Shown: positions 53,667 to 64,000 of the stretch, piece after piece
How the letters are laid out: every line of letters begins with the position of its first letter
Numbering within the stretch: the first letter of the stretch is position 1
Source of the DNA: Octopus sinensis
Lineage: Eukaryota
Length of the DNA: 64,000 nt
Direction of reading: 5' to 3'
NCBI RefSeq assembly: GCF_006345805.1
Contig: NC_043002.1
Location: 100,254,001-100,318,000 of the forward strand
Notes under the pieces: model-generated
Databases searched by the model: none
The model's input: the letters and a program-made list of their open reading frames with translations, nothing else
Told to the model about the DNA's origin: nothing
Made by a program: the position numbers and the translations under genes

Positions 53667-54780
53667 CAGCCTTGGCCAAAAGTATTATGCCATCCCAATG
53701 TTTTGGGGTTCTGCTATCTCAGTGTTAATGAAACCCGTGCACATGGTAGATTATGGTATATTTCACAATATACATTAGTTTTAAAATCTGGTTGACCCTC
53801 CTTTAGCATCAAATACCGATTTTATACGGTTAGGCATTGAATCAACTACTTTCTCGCAGGTACTAAGTGCAATTTTACTCCATTCTTCTGTTATTTTTTG
53901 TTACAAATGTTCTTTAGTTTTAATTGTGTTCCTGATAGGTTCATCAGGAGTTCCCCATACGTGTTGTATTGAATTTAGATCGTGACTTTGAGCCGGCCAC
54001 TCCATGGGAATACTACCCTGTGTCTCAAACCATTGACGAGTATTCTTTGCTGTATGACATGGAGCGTTGTCCTGTAGAAAAATAACGCTGTTTTTTTGAC
54101 ACTCCTGGATGCAATTTAGAAATTGATGGCTCTAAAACATCCAATAACATAGAAACATAGGTAGCTGAATTCATCCATCCCTGACATAAAAACATTTCTC
54201 CGGGTCCTGTGCAGGACCGAACCATGATAGACCCACCCCTATGTTTTACGGTTGGTACCAGACATTCAGACTTAAATGCTTCCACAAATCTGCGACGCAC
54301 GAAAGTTTCACCAGATGTACAGAAAACCGGAGTAAGAACATGAAAAATAATATTAGCTTTATGTTGGATACATTCTTTTATATATATTTTGGGCAACAAA
54401 CCAGTTTCATTAAGTCTATATGTTGATTGAATACATGTACGATCTTACCTGTTAGTTACTTTCATCAGACCATATGACTTTCGACCATTGCTCTCTGGTC
54501 CAATTTGAGTGGTTTTGGGTCCATTGAAGACGTTTTCCCATATTCGCTTCAGAAGCCCATGGCTTTTACCTGGCCTTACAGCCTTTCTGACCATACTCTA
54601 CAAGTCTTCTAACAGTTCTGGTTGATATTTGTAAAGTACTTGCCTCGTCGAAGTCCGCACAGAGCTCTGACGATGTTTTTCTCCTGTTTCTGAGTGACTG
54701 ACAGATGATGGATCAATCATCTCGATGTGATGTAACCTTTTTTATACCTGTTCTTTGTCTCTTTCGTTCTTTGTCTCCTT
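53667..54780 (-). mobile_element. Tc1-family (DD34E) element relic with one TIR; transposase ~54760 to 53781
   Basis: TA|CAGCCTTGGCCAAAAGTATT at 53665-53686. Minus frames: ISTRTVRR, KRLQW...WSKVIWSDES, TVKHRGGSIMV, FLQDNAPCHTAK...EWPAQSHDLNSIQHVW, AKGGSTRF*. The 5' end is lost at a SINE fragment. Confidence 0.92.
54328..54448 (-). other. Putative 121-nt spliceosomal intron within the Tc1 transposase
   Basis: Donor CAG|GTAAG, branch-like CTAAT, pyrimidine tract; the acceptor reads CG rather than AG. Removal gives WSDESN*QVFCTSGETFVRRR, collinear with FSDESKFMLFGSDGKRYVRRK of the first Tc1. Confidence 0.65.
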
Positions 54781-54828
54781 CGCATCTTTTGTATCCCTGA
54801 AGCAGTTGAGAGTCGTTTGCACCGCAAA

Positions 54829-54925
54829 CGGGGTGGCGTCATTCGAAGGCTAAAACAATGCGAACGCATTGTGACCAGCGATGTGTAAAACATCTGATGG
54901 TCTGGTCGGTCACGTGATCACGTGA
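54829..54925 (+). mobile_element. SINE family A 3' fragment
   Basis: High-identity match to ~30450-30552. Confidence 0.88.
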
Positions 54926-55289
54926 TATATATATATGTATACATGTATGTATATATATTCAGCCCCCTTGTATATACATATGTATTCCTAGCGATATATA
55001 TATATATATAGAATATAAATAATATACAAATATATGCATATAAGCATATATGTTCATACCTACATATATATGTATATATACATGCATATATGGGTACAGG
55101 ACATCAAAAAACGTAGACAAAATGAGAAACGAGAACATAAAAAGCAAAAACATAGAAAACGAAATTTTTTCGAACAACGAAAGAAACAAACAAGCAGGGA
55201 AACGAGACAGGCAACATAGAAACATTCCCTTCATCGGTCGTCCCCTGTTTTATTTACTCTGCGTTAATGTTGAGTTTGGTCTCTTTCAG

Positions 55290-56260
55290 AGCTTTCCGAA
55301 ATCTACGGGCTAGTTCTCCATGTGTCTGCTGTGGCGTCTACAAACATCACTCCTTGATATTTGTCGGTTTTATACCACGTGATTACCCTGTTTTCTTTGT
55401 CACAAGCTCTTTGTATTCTACTCCAGTCGTTGGATCCATTATATATAATGTTATCTGACTTCTTTCTAGCGCCCCTGTATACTCGAACCCTATCTTTCTG
55501 ATCATTTTGAGAGAATTTCATGCACCGCATGAAATTCTGTACACGTTTCATAGGGTTTGCATAGTGGGGACACGTTGTTCATTATCCTAACTAGGTCTGC
55601 TATCAGTATGTTAATTTTCCCGTTGTGTGACAAAGCTATGGGTTTCATGTAATAGGATTGGAGGAACAGCACTGTGTTATTCACAGTCTCTAATCAAAAT
55701 TCATTATGAAGTACGGGGACTCAATTGTAGGTGTGCCCAGTGCGGTAATCTCAAGTTACCTTGATACTTTGGTGGAAGGAGGTAGCTAATTGTTGGATGG
55801 TCTCCATTTTGTTCCTTTCAGCGTCTACATTACTGTTACTGGAATTGGTCTACATACTTACTGTAAAGTAAAAGTGTTGTGGACTGTTCTGCTAAGGATT
55901 GATTACGTTTTCTGTCCAACTAGGTCATGAAGAACCCGACCACATCTCCAGCTATACCGACACCAATGGCTGCACTTTGGACCTGCATGTATAGTTTCTT
56001 GTTAAAGTTTAGTATGTGGTTCTTCAAGGTGATTCTTAAGCTAGCTTCAATTGCATGTGGAATCATTCTTTTCACTCCAGCGCTCTACAGTGCTTTTCTT
56101 CACCACTAAGTTGATCATGGATGGTCTTCCCCTCTGTGATCTGGTGGGGCAGAATCTACTGAGGTCATGATCGTCTAGATAGTCCCTGTTGTAGCTAAGT
56201 CTAAGGAGGAGGCCCAGTTCCCTCGTGTTGACTTCACGGAACTCTACTTCACCCTCACAG

Positions 56261-56263
<3 letters not shown>
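55290..56263 (-). mobile_element. Penelope-like element reverse transcriptase relic
   Basis: Minus frames: [13 protein letters not shown]...CPTR..RGRP; NHILNFNKKLYMQVQSAAIGVGIAGDV..FFM (Q..G..MG-type motif); KYVD; YMKP...KINILIADLVRIM.NVS; WYKT.KY..VMFVDAT. Confidence 0.75.
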
Positions 56264-56297
<34 letters not shown>

Positions 56298-56384
56298 GTG
56301 CATGCATATATACATACATACAAACATACATACGTACATACATGCATACAGGCATACATACATACATGCATACATACATACATG

Positions 56385-56438
<54 letters not shown>

Positions 56439-57440
56439 TATATACACATACATTCATATGGTGTCAGGCGATGAAACAAATTATTTTCCACTTCGCGTGT
56501 ATTATTAAATATACACAGCAAAAACACACACATGCATTTATGAACCAACCTAACCCAAGGTCTTTACCATAATTCTAATACAAACGTCAGATCATTATAC
56601 TAAAACGCACTAAAAATGTTACTGACTAATAGTAATAATGATAAAAGAATAAGCATAATTGTGTGGTATACTCCAATGATGATAAAGTTGTCCTTACAGT
56701 GAAGACGAAAAAAATAAAACGTTTAATTTGCGTAATATGCATTAGGGTGCATATACGTAATTATATACATGTGTATATATAATATTATATATATTTGTAT
56801 ACATGTGTTAGTAGACATATGCACGCACACACAAATATATATGTGTATATATGTATATACACACACATTTATAGCCAGATATGTAAGTATATGTGCAAAC
56901 ATACCCACGCAAGCACACGCAGACACACATGCGTGTATGAGGCTTCATAAAGAGGGTGAGCGAAGTACAGAACCCAAATTGGAAAGATCAGAGTTATTGA
57001 AAATAAATACATCGATTTATCGATTTGACTTGCACATATGTGTGTGTGCGTGTGTGTGTGCGTGCGTGTGTCAGTGTGTGTGCATGCTTGTGTATATGTA
57101 CTGCCTACGTATATTTTGTAAATTATTTCATATCATGCATATTATATACTTCATACAGCGTATAAATATATTTTGGACCTGATTTATAAATATGTATATA
57201 TATAGATAGATAGATAGATAAGTAGGTAGGTAGGTAGGTTGGTAGGTAGGTAGGTAGGTAGGTAGGTTGGTAGGTAGATAGATGTATATGCATCTATATA
57301 TGTGTGTATGTATATTACTTGTGTGTGCATAAATATATATGTACGTATACATGTATAAATCTTTATGTACACACACATATATACATGCATATATATGTCT
57401 GTATATGTATGTAGATATATATTTGCATATGTATATGTTC

Positions 57441-57477
<37 letters not shown>

Positions 57478-57784
57478 GTGTGTGTGTGTGTGTGTATGCG
57501 TATATATTTATATATATCGCACGACTATGCTGCACCTTCTGTATGTGTGTGTATGTTGAATTTTTATATGTGAAATATTATGTTCTCTATTGTATTTGAT
57601 GTTCTCCAATCTTCCATTAATAATCCTAAAATATACACTGAAATGCGTTAGCCTTAACAAGATAAAATGAAATCTAACTTTGAACCCATCCCACGTCGCT
57701 CTTATACATAATTCACAATTCTTGAGACAGAAGTTTCCTTTATACTTCCTTTCTCTACATGTTTTTAAATTTTTTTACATGTTA

Positions 57785-57785
57785 C

Positions 57786-57845
<60 letters not shown>

Positions 57846-57891
57846 CATTATTATTATTATTATATTATTTATTATTATTATTATTATTATA

Positions 57892-57923
<32 letters not shown>

Positions 57924-57940
57924 CATTATTATTATTATTG
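57785..57940. repeat. (ATT)n microsatellite
   Basis: Direct tandem repeat. Confidence 0.95.
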
Positions 57941-58787
57941 ATAATTAAACTATTTGTTATATATTTTGCATTACTTTTGAAAGCATGTTTCTAATTTTTT
58001 ACTAGTATTATAAATGTTTTAAATTTTGTAGTTATTTTATTGTTGCTGTATTATTTATCATCCGAGTTTTGTCATGGACAATGCTAAGGCTGTCAGCTAC
58101 TTTCACTAGTAATCATAGTGATAACATAAATTATTGTTATTATTATTATTATTATTATAATCATCATCAACATCAACACCATCATTATTATTATCATCAT
58201 CGTAATTTTTATTATTTTTTTTAATGTAAAATAATTCGTTTTGTTTATTGATTTAATCTTTCTTTCACTCAATGCTTTGATTAAAAATATTTCTCCCAGT
58301 CAGAGATTGTCAATGATGTCTTGACAAATGGAGACTATGTAATTAATGAAATATCAAAGTGAAGATTTCCCAAGATAAAAAAAACTTCTATTCTTAGATT
58401 GGTACACTTTTTATTGAATTAATTACATATTTAGTCTAATAAGTTCAATGGTATCTCCATATTCATCAGCGAATATATTGATGCATATACAGGGGTATAC
58501 ACATAAAGATGCTTATAAAATTCTGATTATTGACGAGAAAAGGGAAACGGAATTAGCAAAAGAAACTGTGAGAAAAGCAATACAAATATCCATGTTGCCG
58601 CAAGCATTAGTTTTTGAACGTTGAATTTTCACGAAGTTTAAAAAATTTTAACCTAGTCAGTTGGATTTTGGTTATACGCAAAGGGTTTTTCATATATATT
58701 CATGGATTTAAATATATGTGTTTATTCATGATGCTTCTATGTGTGTTTGCAGTACACATGTGTCCGTGTGTAGCAGATAGATATAAA

Positions 58788-58873
58788 AAGGCGACGAGCT
58801 GGCAGAAACGTTAATGCGCAGGGCGAAATGCTTAGCGGTATTTCGTCTGCCGTTACGTTCTGAGTTCAAATTC
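58788..58873 (+). mobile_element. SINE family C 5' head, truncated just after the B-box
   Basis: AAGGCGACGAGCTGGCAGAAACG...CTGAGTTCAAATTC, then TA array. Confidence 0.88.
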
Positions 58874-59646
58874 ATACTTATATATATATTATATATAATA
58901 TATGTATATATGTATATATATATGTATATATGTATATATATATGTATATATATAGTGTATATATATATGTATATATATATGTATATATATATGTATATAT
59001 ATATATGTATATATGTATATATATATGTATATATATATATATGTATATATATATGTATATATATATGTATATATATATATTTATATATATATGTATATAT
59101 ATAATGTAAATATATATATGTATATATATATTATTATATATATATATATATATATATGTATATAATATATATATATATAAATTATATATGTATATAAATA
59201 TATAATGCATAAATATATATATGCATATATAAAATATATATATATATAAATATATGTATATATATATCTCTCCTATATAAACGGCAGTTGTCTGTGCGTG
59301 CTTCTGTGTGTCTGTTTGCTTGTACCCTCACCCTGACCACGGCTTCCAACCGATTCTGATGAAACTTGACACACACATAGCCCAATGTCATAATTCAAAA
59401 CTAACGCAGCGAAAATTTTGAGAAGTTCCCCCAGTTCTGAAAAAGATCGATAAATTCGACATGGGGTCGAGAATCAGAAACACAAACCGCAAACTGTCTA
59501 GGGGACGCAACTCCACATATTTTTACTCAAAAAAAATTTACCATCATTTTTTTCCATTGTTTTGCTATTTTTTGGCTATAACTCTCTAAAAATGCTTTAT
59601 AGTTATTTCCCTTACAAACCTGAGCAACGCCGGGCGATACTGCTAG

Positions 59647-59698
<52 letters not shown>

Positions 59699-59707
59699 AT
59701 GTAATAT

Positions 59708-59755
<48 letters not shown>

Positions 59756-59758
59756 ATG

Positions 59759-59797
<39 letters not shown>

Positions 59798-60400
59798 GTA
59801 TATATATATATGTATATATATATATATTATATATATATATATGTATATATATATATGTATATATATATATGTATATATATATATGTATATATATAGATAT
59901 TTATATGTATATATATATGTATATATATATGTATATATATATATGTATATATATATATGTATATATATATATGTATATATATATATGTGTGTATAATCTA
60001 TATATGTATATAATATGTATATATATATGTATATATATATATGTATTATATAATGTATATATATATATCTTTTTATATATATGTATAGAATATATGTTAT
60101 ATATATATGTATTATATAGATATATTTATTATATATATATATGTATATATATATATATGTTATATATTTATATGTTATATATGTATATATATATATGTAT
60201 ATATATATATGTATATATATGTATATATATGTATATATGTATATATATGTATATATGTATATATATGTATATATGTATATATATGTATATATGTATATAT
60301 ATGTATATATATGTATATATGTATATATATGTATATATATGTATATGTATATATATGTATATATATGTATATAAATGTATATATATGTATATAAATATAG
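58874..60400. repeat. Long (TA)n / (ATATATATGT)n array interrupted by a Helitron
   Basis: Direct reading of the tandem arrays on both sides of 59267-59646. Confidence 0.9.
59267..59646 (+). mobile_element. Non-autonomous Helitron, apparently complete
   Basis: A|TC 5' start at 59267, 3' CCTGAGCAACGCCGGG hairpin then CTAG|T (59643-59646), inserted in an AT context, no TSD. Confidence 0.82.
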
Positions 60401-61379
60401 CTCCCTAATGGAGGCCTTAACTCCCGAATTTTAGTAATTTCGTTTATGATTCAAAACTAGGTCTAAATTAGTGAATGGATCTTTATGAAATTTAGAAATT
60501 ATATTCTATGCATAAGGGCCATAACCCCTATCACAATTCATATATTTTGGCTGTCGATGAAATTTTAACCACATATAGTAGACACAAATGAAGTAATATT
60601 TATAAAATTTCATCTTCTTATAACGTAGAAAGACCCCTCCATGGGGACTTAACACCCACAATTTTATCATTTTATCTAAGCAAAGACGAATACAGTTGAG
60701 CATTATTTGTAATTCAATGGTATAACAGTGTAACACTTTGCTTTGACATACACTTACATTGTGATTTCTGCAATGTCCTGCATAAATTGTCAAGTAAATG
60801 AGAGGCATCTTTGCTTCCACTGATTCAGTTGCAAAATGTTGAGTAAAGTTATTTGATTGCAGGCCTCCTTTCAGTCTTTTTATTATCATTAGGTCACATA
60901 TAGTCCCCAGATGGTAACATTGATTTCAAGGCCTTCCCAGATGAGTGACTGGTTATTCAAAGACATTTATAGATTGTAAATTTATTCTGTTCAGTTACGT
61001 ATCAGTATAGTGGTTATTTGTAAACTCCAGAGGTGACACTTTCATTTCTCCTTAGCCCTCATGTCACACAGTTGTAATGATTATTTCAGTTGGGTCACGC
61101 CCTTCCAATTGCTATAGATTCGTAATGCATCTTACGGCTGTGCCTGTCACCTGGATGATGAGGAATCCTACATTGGGAGTGGTAACGACTAGGGTAGGGT
61201 AGCTGACTGCTTATTATGATCATTCGTCTTTTGGTTTCCTGTAGCTTTGCTCGCTTTTACAAACCCAGTAAACATATGTTTCCTATTTCAAAGAAATCCA
61301 AACAATAGATATAAGACCCAAGTTAAAAGAAGATTCTCAACAATTCAACTTCTCTGCTTGACATTAAGACACCCACTCC

Positions 61380-61678
61380 CAATAAGGGCCTTAACTCTCA
61401 CATTTTAGAGCTCCATGACCTTCATTTTTCAGGTGCAAAATCCTTTTAACAGGTTCAATAAGACTGGAATTTTGGAATATGCGCATAAAAATCAGTAGTA
61501 AGGGATACATGTGGCACGATTACAATTTTGTTTGGGTGTGTTAAGAGGGAAATAACCCTCATCTGCAATTTTGATGAAATTCGAAACATAGATATTCCCG
61601 TTCATTACAGAAAATATAACAGAAAAGTCTAATACCTCAATTGCATGTAAATCGGGCAACGCCGGATATCTCTGCTAG
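61380..61678 (+). mobile_element. Non-autonomous Helitron 3' end (third variant)
   Basis: TCGGGCAACGCCGGATATCTCTGCTAG|T, the same hairpin and CTAG signature. 5' extent uncertain (may reach ~60400). Confidence 0.65.
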
Positions 61679-64000
61679 TATATGTATATATATACTCATA
61701 CATACGTATATAGAGATATGTGTGTGTGTGTTAGTGTGTGAGCAGGTATATTCATTCTATACTTGATTATTTAAATTTCGTAAGCATGTAAGAATGGCGA
61801 TTACAATACAAAGCTTATAACATAAGTATTTCACTCTGCGAATTACTTGGCAAATCACTTGAAATAAAACTGCGATTTGAAATAATCATTTTCATCATTT
61901 AAAAATGCACAAAACATTCTTGTTCGTTTATTCTTTAATATATTTATAAATTATAAACTGTTATTATATAATTCTACTACATGCAGAGAGTGAAAGGACA
62001 TGGATTAATGAATTGCTATTATTACACGTATGTTGTACAAAGGGTACAAATCCATTACTGGAAATGTCATAAATCTTCCTGTAGCAGCAAAACAGGAGGA
62101 TGGACCTTGGAATTGTAGAAGTTGTAACTGCATACATAGCTGCATTATAATTGATTACGCAGGCAGGAAACTAAATTGGGATTGCTCAGAACAATATTTC
62201 AACCTGTACGTAAATCTCAAACAGTCCCCTCTGTCTCTCTCTCTCTCTCTCTCTCTCACACTCTGTCTGTCTCTCTCTCTCTCTCCCTATCTATCTATCT
62301 ATCTATCAAGTAGTCAACTGTGGACAATAATGACTTCCTTCTAATGAAACGCCTTTACTATACATTTCTCTATCTCATCTTTGACACAGTAAATAATGTA
62401 ATATAGTGTAATTAAGAACCCTATCCCCGATGCTTCGTTATTTCGGCACTGAAAAGATCCAAGAAGATCGAAAAAGTAGCTGCATATGAATATTTGCACT
62501 CCATAATTGATGCAGAAAATTATAAAAGAAACTTTAATGAAATAACTATAAAAACATAATATAATTTATTCCTTTCACTTCAATGCCAAATCAAACAAAA
62601 AACAATAAATCCCTGCCAAGACCACCTTTCCTTTGCAACAGAAATGAACAACCAAACTGCGGAAAGTTTAAAGAGTTTATTTTCATCGCATTTATGCAGA
62701 TGCGTCTACAGTGTGCACTAGTCTATATATTTAGAGGTTAGAATTAGGATGTAGAAATTAACAAAACACAAAATGAATTTATTTAATTTCCATACTGTTC
62801 TCATTAATGTTAGTTTTGTAAATGAATTAAACCGAAAGTTAAATTATCAGCTGTTTTTGTTTCACAGAAAAGTAGTTAGTTACCATTGTTGCTTATCCTC
62901 ATATTGGGCAGTTGTTTAATTAAGGGCATTCCAGTAATGGCACTCCTGTAACAAATTGTTACAGGAATTACACTTCCTTATAGGAAGTGTAATTTGAGGA
63001 ACACTTCGAGCAGATTAAATGTGCACTTAGATGCTTCGGTCAAGCGTTACATATAATAATATAAGTGATTTAATGCGAATCAAGGAAAAATTATTAGAAA
63101 CGTCTACAATTCTCGCCTCTTGTCTGTATTTATGCATTTCATTAGCAATTGTCCTTAATTCCCTCTGGTTTTCCATCGAATATTTCAATAATTCAAGAAC
63201 TTTCTATTGATGTTACTATTTATCCAATTCCACTGTCAAGTGATATAATAGTTGACAGCTGAAACAGAATCATATTTGCTTAGATTCATTTCGTAGCAAC
63301 ATATCTAATGCAGTTACCGTATAAATCATTCAAAGGAATTGTTATACAGTAAAATTACAGTGATAAATGTTGTGAACTTATTTTCCCATCATGAATTCGA
63401 TGTCAAAGTAATACTGATTCTGCTTCAATGGGCGTCTAATTTAGAACATTATTTGTATTTTATATTCTCTAAAAATATTTAATAACGATTCCTGTCTTGA
63501 GTGTGAAATTACTTTTATAAATTGAGAGAGAAAGGCAATTTATCAAAAATTGATGAAAATTGAAGTCTATTCCAGGTTTATTTGAACTCAACACTGAGGC
63601 AAGAAGACTTAATTAGCTCATACATGAATCACATAGAACATTTCGTAACGTTAATAAATGAGATAAATGTGCTTTTTGATACAATAAGAATCTACTATGT
63701 AATTTTGGTATATATTTCCTTCAGCTAAGAAACCTGGAACATGTAAAAGTATGTTTCTTACACTTTATTAGGAAAAAGATCAAAATTATATGCGTTGGCA
63801 AATGAAATTCACTAACGTTCGTTTTTCCTTAAGATCTCTTCTGGTATAAATCAATTGTAGATATTAATTTCTGCTGGAAATCAGACCAGCACTTACTCTT
63901 TCTTTCTATTTCTGAAACACTTGTTCTTTCTGGACATTTCTACAACTAAAAAATGAAATAATACTTCGTAAAATTGAGCGTAAATGGCAGCTTACATAAG

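Noticed and set aside
55085-55250. Fourth hammerhead-like motif (minus CCGATGAAGGGAA) downstream of the PLE RT
   Set aside because: No stem II followed by GAAA could be traced. It may be PLE 3' sequence, but the fold is unsupported.

Overview
AT-rich, microsatellite-dense eukaryotic genomic DNA. The repeat families and simple-repeat load suggest a coleoid cephalopod, probably Octopus (inference from pattern recognition, not a database result). Only one host coding exon is supportable: a 45-nt + strand exon (23217-23261) missed by the ORF track, encoding (F)DLDDINADCLHLDI(W). It resembles the C2A domain of the BAIAP3/Munc13-4 (staccato-like) family, so much of the window is probably intronic. 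The rest is a layered set of decayed mobile elements: two Tc1 DD34E relics (one with an apparent spliceosomal intron), a DD41D-like element interrupted by a solo LTR, a mariner, Penelope-like RT and GIY-YIG fragments, three hammerhead-like pLTR units abutting (TA)n, CR1 and RTE 3' fragments whose tails match two tRNA-derived SINE families here, a TSD-bounded nested SINE palindrome, non-autonomous Helitrons, two hAT MITEs and a TTAGGG-containing MITE. Most listed ORFs are translations of simple repeats. No intact transposase or RT, rRNA, true tRNA gene or CRISPR array was found. Coordinates were read by eye; approximate ends are marked with ~.
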